Origin: Marsupella aquatica
Taxonomy: Eukaryota; Plantae; Marchantiophyta
Direction of reading: 5' to 3'
Assembly (NCBI GenBank): GCA_973895155.1
Contig: OZ316891.1
Span: 12,212,771-12,276,770, forward strand
Length of the DNA: 64,000 nt
The notes beneath the pieces are model-generated. The model saw only the letters and a program-made list of their open reading frames with translations. It ran no database searches and was not told the origin of the DNA. Made by a program: the position numbers and the translations under genes. Every line of letters begins with the position of its first letter. The stretch's first letter is position 1. Shown in pieces: positions 1 through 12,780 of the stretch.

Positions 1-3000
1 CTTGGCTCCGTTAACCCTCAGTGGAAAGGTATGTCTATCTCATCTGAGGCTGTTTGTCTATTCGAACGTACAAGCCGATATTGGAAGTTTTCCCTCCAGT
101 GCAAGTTTGCAAAGAGTTTCAAGAACTGCGCTTATTTGAAACTTAACAGAAGGATGAGTGTAGAGGCATTGACAATGTGGATTGCGTTTACGGTAATTCC
201 CTTAGTTCAATCATATTTTTTCATCGTAAAGTGAGTTAATTGAAATGATTTCAAAGTCGGTGCATGTGGGAGTTTGGAGCCGCTCATAATGGAAACGGTT
301 CTGCTTTGGTAGAGGTATATGAGTTCGATGCAACGGAAGATCCCCCATCAACTTTAGATATTGAGGTTTTCGACTACGATGGCCCTTTCGCTGAAGCAGA
401 ATCACTTGGACATACAGCAATTAACTTTCTGAAATCCAAATCGAGTGACTATGCTGATGTATGGCTTCCTCTGAATGGAAAGCATGCCCAAGCTCATGGA
501 GCAAGGCTTCACTTGCGAGTGCTCTTGACAAACACAAAGGATGGGGATGTGCGACCCGAATACATCAACAAAGTGGAGAAAGAAGCCGGCACAAAGGTAT
601 TTCATCAAGCATTTCTTGTTTTGGACTCTATCTGTATGGTCGAAAGAATTGAATTGCTTCAATAATTGGGAGCGTATATTACCGGGTACGTGTACCTTGA
701 CAACGCTGGTTTCTCAAATTTTGGAGACAAGGTAAGCAAAGCGCAGGTGCGTTTTCTGATTAGAAACTGTAGGGATTGGAAGGGCAGACTGCTTACTGGA
801 AATCTGAATGCCTGACTCTTAAATCTGTGGTTAGATTGTCGTTAGATTGTCCTGACTGTTAAATGTGTGGTTAGATTGTCAGACGTTCACCACAAAGAAA
901 TAAGGAGTTCCAGAAGCTGTTTTCCCTTCCTCAAGAGGAGTTTCTCATAAATGACTATGCATGTGCTATTAAGCGCAAAATTCCGATTCAGGTGAGTGAT
1001 GTTACTTTCTCTCCAATCCCCTCATCCACGTGGTTTATTTTGCTCTGGTTTCCAAGATGACATTTTAATTCTTCCTACTTCTATATTGTAGTATGAGTCT
1101 GTCGTCCCTTCTGTGCCAGCACCGAATTCACGTTCTTCTTGTGTTTAGCTGTGCTCAAATTTATGTTGGTAGTTAGTTGAAATGAATAAGGACACATGGT
1201 GCATTCTCTATGGATCTACGATCTCGACATCAGACAATGGTTGTGGATCACCGTCTAAGGGCAAGGAGACTTGTGATCACAGTTGTTGTTGAATCTCTTT
1301 ATTGGTTTGGAGCTGCACTACCACTACACCTCTTGATATTTGTAGAAACAACTGAAGCGGGCAAGGACTATGTGTTGCCCCTCTAAACTGGGTTCTTCCT
1401 AACTTGGTTCAGGTCTTTACTTGTTTGATCCTGTACTGTACTGCAACTAAAGTCAGCGTATAGTGTGGTAGGTTATATCGAGAGATGTAGCCATGTCTTT
1501 ATTGCTGTAAGGAGGGTCCTAAGGACTTTGTTGTTGGACAATATTTTGTTGCAGGGTCGTCTGTTTCTTTCACCGCGAATGCTGGGGTTTTACTCGAATC
1601 TGTTTGGACATAAAACGAAGTTTAGCTTTTTGTGGGAAGACATAGAAGAAATTAAAGAATCAGCTCCTAGTAGGGGTGCTCTGTTCAACCCGTCCATTAC
1701 TATCACATTACGCAAGGGTCGAGCTCAGGATTGTCGCCAGGGCTCCAAGGGAATTGATCACCACGGTCGACTGAGGTTCCAGTTTCTCTCTTTTGTCAGG
1801 CCTGGGCCAGCATTCAGGTGCGATCATTTGTGATTCGTTTGAGAGCTCCCACTTCTTCATCTTATCAAACTGCCCGAGTTTCTGTTGTCATTGATGAGTT
1901 TCTCCGTCAATGACTGATAATAATCCTTTTGTCCAATAATTGTGCAGAACTATCATTGCCTTGTGGAAAAACCGAACTTTAAGTGTTGAGCAAACAATGG
2001 AGCTCATTGCAAGTGTGGAGGCAGGGGATATGAAATATGCTGTCGCAGAAAGGCAAGCTGATGACACTCAGCCCTTTCTGGGTTTAGAAGAAGCACACAT
2101 GTCTCAACTGGCCGACCAGGACTTCCCAGCTACAGTGAGTCTCGTCATCTCTTCCAGGAGACTAAGAATATCAGTAACATGTAGGGGTGCATAAACTGAT
2201 GAGGTGTGTTTGCTTTTATGAAGCTGTATGTCCTGGACTGTCGCAGTCTTTGGTTTAAACTGTCCTGTTGTTGTTCACTACACCGAGCTAGCTCTACAAG
2301 CATTTGGGGTCCCGTGTAGCAGATCAATAGCGGATGGAAGGATGTTAATTTTTTGGAGAGAGATGAGCGTTGGGTAAATTGGTAGTGGATCTATCAAATG
2401 AAAAGATATCTAGAAATTAGAGTAACAGGGCGTGGTTGTATGCATCTGTAGGTGAAGCAATTATCCCATCTGGTCGAGTATGGTGCTCTCGACCACCAAG
2501 TAATGGAATTGTTCTGCGTAAATAACTACAAGAGCACTCAGTGGGAGGCGGTAAGTAACATCTACCTTACAAAGGCCCGCATTCAGAACATGTTTAAGAC
2601 AACAAAAGCAGCGTTGATGTCTGAGGAGAACCTTGTTAATTTTCTCGAACATCCTATTCTGACGTGCACGGACTGCTAAGTCGATTGTTGCTCACTGAGC
2701 AGGTTGGTGATGATCAAAATGTGAAAAGGCGACAAGTAAGTTATGCTATGAGCAGAGCACAATGTCGCTTTGGGAGTTCTGTTACTACAATACAGCAGAG
2801 GACTATCTCAAACGACTTGAAATCGAGTGTCTTTGAGGAAGTCATGACCCTTCATGATGTACCCTTTGGCGATCACTTCCTGGTGAGTTCCCATGCCTGC
2901 CGTGACAAGAAGAACCTGCCCTACGTTTTGCCCCATCTGTCTCTGCACCTGTGTGAAGTACCACGTAGCCAAAGGCACAATCTTCTCTAGTTGGACGTGT

Positions 3001-3533
3001 CCTCCGTGAGTTTCCAAATTGTAATATATGTACAAAGAAGTTATGCAGTCAAATTGGGGACAGAGTAAAAATCTCTAAAGCGTTCGGTAGTATACTAGTA
3101 GTAATTGGTAAGAAGGTTATCTCCTTTGTATCTTTCTCGAAACAAAAGTATATCTTTTGACATAATAATTTATCAAAACTTTCAGTTTAAATGTTGTATA
3201 TCGCTTTCACCTATGGTAGTCTATTTTTTTTGCTGGCAGGTGCAAGTACGAAAGGAGGCGGTCACCGTAACCGAAAACCCTCCCCTTTGTCATGTCAAGG
3301 TCTATGCTGGTGTAGCCTGGCATAAAAACGCCGGGTTCCAAAAGAAGATTACCAAGAACATACTTAGTTACATGTCTCATTTCCTGAAAGAGTATTCGGA
3401 GTTCGCAACAAGAATCATAATGACCACACCACCAGAGGCTTTCCAGCCAGTGGAACCCTTGAAGGAAATGCCGTCCGTTAGGATGCTTCCTTCAATTCTT
3501 ACTAAGTTGATGAAGCCTAACACGAACACGTAG
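1..3533 (+). CDS. C2 and GRAM domain-containing protein with C-terminal VASt domain (5'-partial, multi-exon)
   Basis: GT-AG exons approx 1-28, 313-596, 875-991, 1555-1817, 1948-2134, 2452-2550, 2703-2882, 3240-3533. C2 motif (EFDATEDPPSTLDIEVFDYDGPF), GRAM (FQKLFSLPQEEFLINDYACAIKRKIPIQGRLFLSPR..FYSNLFGHKTKF), VASt (EVMTLHDVPFGDHF); resembles the Arabidopsis At1g03370-type family. Confidence 0.9.
811..880 (+). repeat. Tandem duplication of an intron 3' end / splice acceptor
   Basis: CCTGACTcTTAAATcTGTGGTTAGATTGTC at 811-840 and 851-880 (2 mismatches), with a partial GTTAGATTGT copy at 841-850. Confidence 0.85.
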
Positions 3534-4810
3534 GTCGTCGGGTCTAAGACTCTCACCAATTCATCTAAAGCAAGTTACAAAACCAGATCCAGCTTCAGCG
3601 GCAAGCTGTCAGGTTGCAGAAAAATATTCATACCCAATTTTGTTTCCTAGTCGTAATTCATTACAATCGCAATTCTTCATGGTAGGTGTAGGAGAAAATT
3701 AACGTAGCTGCTAACAGTTGATGAGCTCCTTGCTTGAGCAACTGTTGTGTACATTGTCCCTAGAACGTGAAGGGAAGATAATTGTACAGTTACATGGGGG
3801 ATATAATTGAAGTTATCATAACTGGATCCTTTCGAGGGGAGGAGGAAGGCGAAACAAGCAAGGGTCATTCGGCTGGCAAGGAAACCCACACGAAAGATGG
3901 TGTATACAAATTGAAAATTCATGCCCTCATGAATTATCATTACTGGTCTTTCGTTGTAACATAGCTCTCGGGCATGCACCTGAGCTGCAGTATTGTCAAA
4001 CTCGGGGGTTTGAATGTCAAGAGATGTAGATCTTTAACAATTGTGCTGTAAAGATAATCTCCAGCTTTTTAAATTCATGTTGGAAATCACAATTGCAGTG
4101 TAGATACCCAATTTTCGTCGTGCTGATTGTTGGGACCCAGAAATCGTTTTGTTTTCGGTTCGGACTATGCACTGCACTGTTAAACGACCGATTTCCTTGG
4201 AGTTTCGATTGAACCAGAAATATGAGTGTAACGTTGGCTGCCAAGGCTGTAATAGCAAATGCAGTGACCGGTTTTCATGAACCTCGCGATGATCTGCTGC
4301 TTGAATAGCTAGCTGGTTCTGAACATTGTGTTATTCAAGAATGAGCAGTTCATGATTGTAATCCATGATTGAGCTACCGGAAGCATCGTAACTAGCATTT
4401 AACCCTGTGGCCAGAAAGTGAGAAAAAATTGATTGCCTGTCAAGAAGCTTTTCTGATCATTATTAGAAGGGCGTTCAGGATACAGCCCCAGCCCAGACCT
4501 CCTCTGTAACACCTAAACACTGTGCGAAAAAAGGTTTGTTATCATGAGTTCAGAGCATGAGAGTATGGGATTAACAATGACCTTCATGTATGGTTATACA
4601 TCCGTAATTTGCTTTCCATACAGAAATTATGGGTTTATATTGCATAATGCATTACAAAGAAGCAAACCCAAATGATTTAGTTGTGTCGCTAGGCAGTTCA
4701 AATATACTGTCCACTTTTCGTGATCTTGCCAAAAGCTATATGGAATAGCTATATGGAATATGTAGGGTATTGCGTTGTGACGTGTAATGTCCCCACATCA
4801 ACACATCCTA

Positions 4811-4901
4811 ATATGTAGCCAAACCATCAAGTACATAAAACTCGAAAACAAAAGTTGGTACCATCTTTGAGTTTTATGTACTTGATGGTTTGGCTACATA
4901 T
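4811..4901. repeat. Perfect 33-bp inverted repeat (hairpin)
   Basis: ATATGTAGCCAAACCATCAAGTACATAAAACTC (4811-4843) and its reverse complement at 4869-4901. Confidence 0.85.
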
Positions 4902-4930
4902 TTGACATATCCTAATATGTAACCAAACCT

Positions 4931-5599
4931 TCATAAGTTGGTATTGAAGGTTGGATGCCCTATCATTTTACTTCAAAATATAGATCACTCTTTGGGGTTG
5001 TGTAATGGTACTCGGCTAATTGTGAGAGCAATGAATCGTTGTGTCATTGAGACACGAGTTCTCGCAAGAAAGCATACAAGGACTCTTACATTTATCCCAC
5101 CGATTCTGTTGACATCTGACAAATCACTTCCTTTTTTATTATGTAGGGTCCAATTTCCCATTCAAGTGGCATATGCAATACAAGACTCAAGGTCACACTT
5201 TAGAACACGTAGGGTTACAGCTTTCAAAGTCTGTATTTAGTCACGGACAGTTGTGTGTAACAATTTCAAGGACAACATCTTCTACAACTATCAAGGTTTT
5301 ACTTTTGGATTTTGAGGAGGGTCACTGAAGCAAGGTTGACAAACAATGTTGTATATGATGAGGTTCTTTATTGAACGCATGAATAAAGATTGTATCACTT
5401 TTGTATTAGTCTCTTTGACTTTTTGCCTAAATTATATGTTTGCAATGCACAACCATGTTTGCCTCGCTTTAAAATCTTACCCTCACCTCGACCTCTTCCC
5501 CTCACCTTGACATCTTGCCTTCACCTTGACATCTTGCCCTCACCTTGACATCTTGCCCTCACTCGAAGTCTTGCGTGCAACGCATGGGCATAGGGCTAG
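4931..5599 (+). mobile_element. 5'-truncated Helitron: C-terminal PIF1-like helicase remnant plus 3' terminus
   Basis: HKLVLKVGCPIILLQNID..GLCNGTRL..R.QFPIQVAYA, then frameshifted VFSHGQLCVTISR; 3' hairpin TGCGTGCAACGCA followed by CTAG (5596-5599) and T. Confidence 0.85.
5475..5572 (+). repeat. 19-bp subterminal tandem repeat (about 5 copies) within the Helitron
   Basis: Units approximate TCTTGCCCTCACCTTGACA. Confidence 0.8.
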
Positions 5600-6384
5600 T
5601 CAAGTACATAAAACTCAACAACAAAAGAACTTATTGCAAATGTACACAACTGATGGAATGACACGTATATAATGGAGGTGAAAATTTCTCTATAGAAAGT
5701 CATAGAATATAATGGACTGAACTGGAATGAAATGTACTAAACTGGAATGAAATGAGAACAGGCGAGATGCCAAGATCAGCCTGGAGTATGTAAGGAATCA
5801 GTGTGTAACTCTGTGTACAGGATGCCAAGCTATGTCTAAAGTAAGCTATGTCTGAAGTGCTCTGGCTTATTTGACAAAGATTCAAGAAAACGTAATTACA
5901 AAGAGTGTAAACCCTACCAAAGTAGTGGGTGAAGCAAGAGGTGCCCCCAATGAATGGTTTTGTTTCAAAATTACCCAAACTTGCCCTACAATAACAGAAT
6001 TTAACTATGTCTCTACTTGGGTCCTAAATTAGGCAAACGGAAGCTTCTGAGTAAGTTATACACCCATGTTCCATATAGCTAATGGCACTGCTACACGGGC
6101 TGCTACATAGTGAGTCCAACTTTCATGTTTTGACTTATTCATAATTTTGTGTCATAGATTTTTATTTGAATGTACCTTAACAAGGGGCATCCTTTGTATC
6201 ATACATACTTTTAATTCAATTTTGGACCCCTTTAATTTTTGGTAAGCTACAGTATTTTGAATTTTATTTGACAGCCCCCTTAATTTTTAAGCTTTGTTAT
6301 GTCCTAGAAAGAAACCATGGGCTTCATTTTCTAACACTTTTAAGTATTCTCATGAGTGAGAGGAATGGTTCTAAGTAACATCAA

Positions 6385-6728
6385 TGTTGAGCATAGACGA
6401 CAATCGTAATGGCAAGCCCATGAACCATCCAACGCACAAGAGTAGACACAGAGAGATACGTGGTTCACCTCCACATGAGGCTACATCCACGGGAACACAC
6501 ATGAGCTTTATTGCACTCTAGGCCGACCGGCCATACCAAGCATCCACAACGCAAGCTCTCTATATCTCTCAACTAGCTCCGGAACATGAGCCTGAGTTCC
6601 CACTCTCCAAGCAAACACCGCTTGGATATAGAGTGTGCACAGCATGACTAACCTAGTCAAGTCTGCGACTAAGGTTAGCCTTAACTATGGTACAGTCGTA
6701 ACTCTAGACCTAAGAGTAAATCCTAACA
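6385..6728 (-). mobile_element. Solo LTR (344 bp), probably Copia-type
   Basis: Termini TGTT...AACA flanked by identical 5-bp TSD ATCAA (6380-6384, 6729-6733); homologous copies at about 40.7-41.3 kb and 48.8-48.95 kb. Confidence 0.85.
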
Positions 6729-7202
6729 ATCAACACATCGTGTCTTAAGTTCCCCTCATGGCTTTCTTTTCTAAGTTTATGGTTTTTATTGAAATGGGTG
6801 TGTCATAAGGCACATTGAAGTAAGTGCACAACTTGTAGCATCTTTGTGTCATAAAATTTAGTTGTACTTTCATTGGTCACTATGCTTTTATTTGCATGTG
6901 CTGTACTTATATTATTTTATCCCATTCACATTTGATATGTATTCTAGGTTTATTCTCTAATTTAATCCACTTACACATCACTACCGGAACAAAAATAAAG
7001 CATGTTCCAAGGATGAGCATGCTATATAGCTGAAGTGGTCCTCCCTTTAGCTGCCCATCATAGAACATAATAGAGTCCTATGATCTGACCCAATGGTTAA
7101 GACTCTAGTCACTGTGTGGGAAAGGGAAGTCTTGGTTCAAACCTTGCCGGATACATACCACACTATATATTATGATGGTTAATCCAAACGCACATTCACA
7201 AG

Positions 7203-7371
7203 ACTTTGCCACTACAATAACAATTTAAAAGTTAAAAAGGGGGTATTTGAATCTTGTGGAAATTAAATTTCTAAAACATGCAAATAGTACATTCTAAAAC
7301 TTTACCACTATAATAACAAATTTCAAAATTAAAAGGGGGTGGTTGGATCTTGTGGAAATTAAATTTCTAAA
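7203..7371 (+). repeat. About 73-bp imperfect direct repeat, 2 copies
   Basis: 7203-7275 and 7299-7371 share ACTTT.CCACTA.AATAACAA...AAGGGGGT...ATCTTGTGGAAATTAAATTTCTAAA. Confidence 0.75.
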
Positions 7372-7599
7372 TATACTAGAGGGTGTCCCAAGTAATTTCA
7401 AATGTGAAAATAAAAAAGCAAAAAATCCCCATAAAGTATATCCAAAATTCAATTATGAAAGAAAAACAATTGGGCATTCTGAGCAGGTCAGACAGGTTCC
7501 CCATAAACCAATTGCTTTGGTGAAAAAATTGACTTGTGCCTCCAACTGCTTGTAAAGCCACCATGAGAGAACCTAAAAGAGCATGCAACAGAGAGCCCC

Positions 7600-9400
7600 C
7601 TGTATGGGACCGTTGAACCTACAGGACATATTCTGTGTTTGACCTAGATGCTCAAAGCACAGTAGAACCCTCCCCTACCTGGAGATGGCCATGCAACCAT
7701 TGGACAATTCAGGAGGACTCCGTCTTGAGAGCCTTATCTTACACATACCTTCACAATATGAATGTGTGTCATGTGCTTTGCCTTGCTCTCCTTGACTTCC
7801 AACACTAGTGAGCAACTTAAGGGGTTCTCTTACCTTGGTGTTTGGATGGTCCTTAATAGGGCCTTCCTCTTACTATGCAAATGATTTTGTCCAGACAAGA
7901 GATATTGCTAGAGTCCTAGGAACCCCTCCTTTATCCAAAAAACTATTGCTGGTATCTGCATACTAGTTCTTGGATTTGTGCTAATGCACTTGAGAAGAAT
8001 ACTAGAATCTCATAGACCACAATTTTAATTAAAGTTTTTACTCAAATTTGTGAGAGAAGCTCAAGTTGTGTTTGAGAGTGAATATCCCAGGCAACCGTTG
8101 CAAATCAATGAGATAGAGATTTTCCAGGAACTTTTGCATCTTTGAACTATGTGCACTATGTTTGGAAAATTTGTTGGGCTGCTTAGCAAGGGTCACTTGT
8201 TTACAGTCAATTGTGATAGAGGACAAATCTGAGCAATCTCTCTGATTGTGTCATGCATGTTTTGAATTACAAAGGGGATTTCAATTTCAAGGAGATTACC
8301 AAAAGGATTTTCCCAACCCCCTTTGGGATGTGCTATGTCACCACTGGAGACTAATCTGCTGGGAAGTCAAGCTGGCTAGCTAAATTGCAGTCCAGGTGAG
8401 TAGTAGAACCTATTGCAACTACTATCTCATAGTCACTTGACAGTCCAAGTGTTCCCTTTGTTTGTCTACAATCATGTTCAAATGCTCACAAACCAACACC
8501 CTATCCTTTGTTTGCATGTTGTTGGGAGGTTTATTGACTGTGACCCCCCGTGGACTCTATGTCTTGACCAGCCTGGCTCCAATGGCAATGAACCTTGAAT
8601 TCAAAAGTTATTGTGTAGATATTTATAATTAGCAAGCATCCGTTAAACCACCACTGATACTCTTTAGGACCTGCTGAGACCAGGTTGTTTGTGAAAGTAA
8701 CAAAGGTGGCCATGTTTTCCTACCGCACTTTGAGTGATATTGGCGATTTATGTATACTAGCCTAATTACCTGGTTGTTGAAAGTGAATAGAGATGAAGAG
8801 AAAAAACCTTGCAGAAAAAAGATTTCATGCTATTTGCTGTTTACAGTTGCACCCATCCCTTTTTTTTGCACCTTCACTTTCAGGTATGCCCTCAGTTAGA
8901 GTCATTGTCTAGAGGCTTCATTCTAGTAAGTAGACCCATTGAGTAGCTTTTGATTGTACTTTATTAATTAGATGTGACAATTGGATGAAAAACAAAAGTA
9001 GTTGACTGAAATAATGTAAGTGAGGCAATGTCACACAAAGATAAAAGGCCCTATTATAATCTGAGTATGTTATTTTGGGGTAGAGTAGGTTATATTTACT
9101 ATGAACATTGACAGGTACAATATGTTCAATCATTTGTGCTGGCTAGTAGAGTGAATTCTATCAGCTAACCTGTTAATGAGTTGCAACACTACAATAGGGC
9201 CCCACCAATCCCTTATTTGGGGGTTGGGTATGTGACGGCAGGATATGCTTGAGAGGAGACATATTGGGAGGGAATACAACCCAATGTGATGAGAGTATGT
9301 TGAGCAGATTGCAACCTACTTTGATTCCTTATGCTCATTGACTTGTCCCATGGACTCTAAGAGTAGCTTACCAATCAAACAAACCCTAGTGAATTTTTTT
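7600..9400 (+). mobile_element. Highly degenerate Ty3/gypsy-like pol remnant (RNase H region)
   Basis: Scattered codon remnants such as LNY..KICWA (about 8142) and PWTLCLD (about 8547) recall RNase H motifs; many stops and frameshifts. Confidence 0.3.
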
Positions 9401-10769
9401 CTTTGTATGTCTATACATGGTTATGAGGCATAACCCCGGTGAGGCCACACAACTCCTATGCCAGCCTGGTGTGGGGATTCTCAAATTTGAACTAGAAATG
9501 CAATAAGGTGTAAGTAGCACACACTGGCAGATGCGATTTTTGCGATTTTTGCGATTTTTGGTCCCAATGGCAAGTCCTATTCACACGCTCTTGGAGTTCC
9601 AGTCCCGAATGTCTCGGTGCTCCTGCGTTTTGCCTCCGTCACATTTCGTTCACTATTATTATTTGGGTATTGTCTCCTTCTCCAAATCCACTGAGCATTT
9701 TTAAACAGTTTTTTCAATCTCTTCCCATTTGGTGATTTGGTTGTCTGAAATTAATTTGGATACGCGGGGTGGCGTTGAAGTTGACGGACAGGGTGCGGAG
9801 AGGGCCCTCTTGTCAGAGGACCCTAAAAATTTGGGGACTGATACCATCCGGTCCTATCTTGTACCTCTGCGGCGCATACCTAAGTCCAAAGTGTGGTGTT
9901 GTACTACTAGTACGGTGGGCTAAGCAAAAGTACTGAAAGCAAACAAACAGTAGTTGGAGCCGAGAGTGCGAACACCGTAAAGGCGTGCTTTAATGTGAGC
10001 CGTTGATATTTGTAATCTCTGATCAAAATCCATCAAAATCTCGGTGAAAATCACAGGCAATGTTAAACATCATCCCGGTTCAGAGAAATCACCTTGAGGT
10101 TAGTTTCAAAACACTAAGGGGAGAGAAAATTCTTCTTCATATTGACAAGATTTGGACACTGATGCATTTTAGTGGGATTTTTTTATCATTGTCAAAGTGA
10201 ATGGGTCTCACTTTTACTAAAACTTGGCGGCATCATTTAATTTGGTGCAAACAATTCTAAAGACTTGACTAATGTTAGCCATGTCTTTTCCTTGTGTCAG
10301 TGATACCTCAGAACCCTATTCCAAAGACGGGCCTGAGAGTGCACTCCCCAACTGTGTTGGACTCTTGGGGCTGGCTAGTTTTAAATTGAATGATCCTGAT
10401 GGAAGTCTATGTCGTGAATGAGGACATTGGAACATACTATCATTTTTTTGACCTCAAAAGCGACCCATCAAAACAGTGTCAGATTTGTCTGAAATCTATT
10501 GACACCCTGGCTTCTTGTTTACAGATGACTAGGATGTATGTCGTTTGCAAGCCCTCAAGTAGGAATAAATGAACGCAGTAGCATGGCCAGACCCGTTTGG
10601 GTAAGTGTATTGTGGTAAGGAAGTTTACAATGTAGCCAAAAAGAAAGAAGAATAACTGCTCTAGACCAAAGATATACTGTAATTCTTTTGGAAGGAAAGG
10701 TGCTAACCCTGTTACCCAAAGGAGTCAGTGGGCAATCTCTTAGGATGAATTAACAATTCAGTCATTGCA

Positions 10770-12260
10770 TCCGTGGTACAGAGTCGCGGAACTCGACTAC
10801 CATAACACTTAGCTCCGGCGTCGCTGACTCCGACGCCGAGCTCCCTTATGGTCCAGGCCCGGGTAGGCCATTCGGGGAGGACTTAGCATGGGGAGACTTG
10901 TGGGAAATGAGACGTGGCACTAGCGAGACAAGGAGCCAAGCTGGGGACACACACTAAGGACTTGGACTAGTGGATAGCTGGTCGGGTCAAGGGGAAATGG
11001 GCCGGGCTCAAGGATGGCCGTTTGGACCTCCGGATGGACTTTGAGTTCTGAGGGCTTGAGTGTGAGCTCCTCTTGGGCCCACGACCAATGGAGTTGACGC
11101 CATTGGCAACGGACGCTTGGGGCGCAAGTTGTGGCCCGATCCGGGTTGGGCCGGTCGGGGGCCCCAAGCGGTGATCAGACCTAGGCATGAGCAGTGGGTC
11201 AGCCCGATCGCAACGGGCTAAGGCACTCCGCTTGCGGATGCCTATCAAGAAAGTTATGGGTGTTGCTAGTTGGTGGCGTGCCCCTTATGCGCGATGAGAT
11301 CCGGGTTGGGGGCCAAATGGTTAGGGACCAAAGCTGGTCCAAGGGTTGCAGGTCTTCAGAAGCATATATGAGGAGAATGATGTCTCCCTGGGGGCTAAGG
11401 GTGAGCCGAAGTCGTGAGCCGCGGTGGTCGCGACACTAAGGAAAATCGCCAAACGGAAATGACGATATCTTCCCAATGGGAAGTCCGTTGGAGGACTTCT
11501 TGGGTGCGTTGGAAAGCTCTTGAGGATCCTGAGCTCAGTTGGGTCTGGGGGTACCTTGGGTTCTCGGGGTTTGCGGGTGTTAGCTCGCCCGCTTGCCAAA
11601 TCCCGCCGAACAACAGCCAAGCCGCATTCAGTCTCCCAAGGGAGCTTGCGTTGGGGAGGCAAGGCCAAGTAGGTGTGGAGGTGGAGCCCCAAGAGAGTTC
11701 GGCCCCTAGACCATCAGTAGTGTGAACCGGGAGTGGATCCTAGGGTCGAGGCCATTCTGGTCCCGACGTGTTGGGACAAGGTTTAGGACAAGCTACGCTA
11801 TTTGGGCCATGAGCATGTCCTGAGATCAGGGCGATCAGTTGGTGATGGATAGGTACGAGGGGGAACCCGGGCCGCGCCCAAGGAAGGAGCTGTCCTGGAC
11901 GGACAGAGGACGTGGGCTCTGGTTCCGGCTTATGGCATCGGAGGACCTATCGCTGACCTATTTACCAACGTCTGTTGAGCTTGAGTAGGATGCTAGACTT
12001 GGCAAGTTCTAGATCCTGAAGGGTTACTTACCGAGGTGCTTGGTTGCTTGTGCAGATACGGAGGACCGTTGAGTAGCGGTCGTGCTAGAGAGCAAATGTG
12101 GCTTCGTATGGGAGGGGCCGCTGGCGGTGCAAGGGGCACTAGTTTACTTGCTCGAGGTATTCCGTGGAGGCGTTCGGGCACCAGGGGCACTTAGGTGTGA
12201 GTGCTGGGATTGGTGAGGGCGTTGGGTGGCAAGGTCCACCACTTACAGGGTACCTGTTTG
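10770..12260 (-). mobile_element. GC-rich degenerate element, possibly the 5'/ORF1 part of a LINE
   Basis: Sharp GC rise, Pro/Arg/Ser-rich broken minus-strand ORFs, possible decayed zinc knuckle near 11180-11235; no RT visible. Confidence 0.3.
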
Positions 12261-12750
12261 GAATCACTTCTGGAGGTGTTTGCTATTTCCATAATCTCTT
12301 GTTTGAAAACTCATGATAGGTAATCCCTTTTCAAACAACAATTACTAGAAAAGGAGGTCTAGGCAAGGGTTTTAGTCTTGGACCCTGCTCTGTGAAAAGT
12401 TTCTTAGCTGCAATCAGTAGCTTTACTCACTTTTGTAGTCATATATATAGCATTGCAAAAAAATGCCTAATAGGGAGACATGATCTCAATGGCCAAAAAC
12501 CCAATAAAGGGGGGATACAAAGAAAAATATGAGGGAACTCAAGAGCAAAAAGCGCTAAGGGGAAACCCAAGAGCCGTAATGCCAAAAACTGCTAAGGGGT
12601 AGCACAAGGCCCAAAATGGCAAAAAGCCCTACTGAGCTACATAAAATCAAGAAAGTCACCCCACCTTATCCTGTACTTAAAATCAATCACAAGGTACAGT
12701 AGGGTTACATTGTGTACCCTGCCGAGGTGCGTGCCCGGCGGCCCCCACCC

Positions 12751-12780
12751 AACAAGTCCCAACAAGTCCCAACAAGTCCC
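12751..12780 (+). repeat. 10-bp tandem repeat AACAAGTCCC x3
   Basis: Seen directly. Confidence 0.8.
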
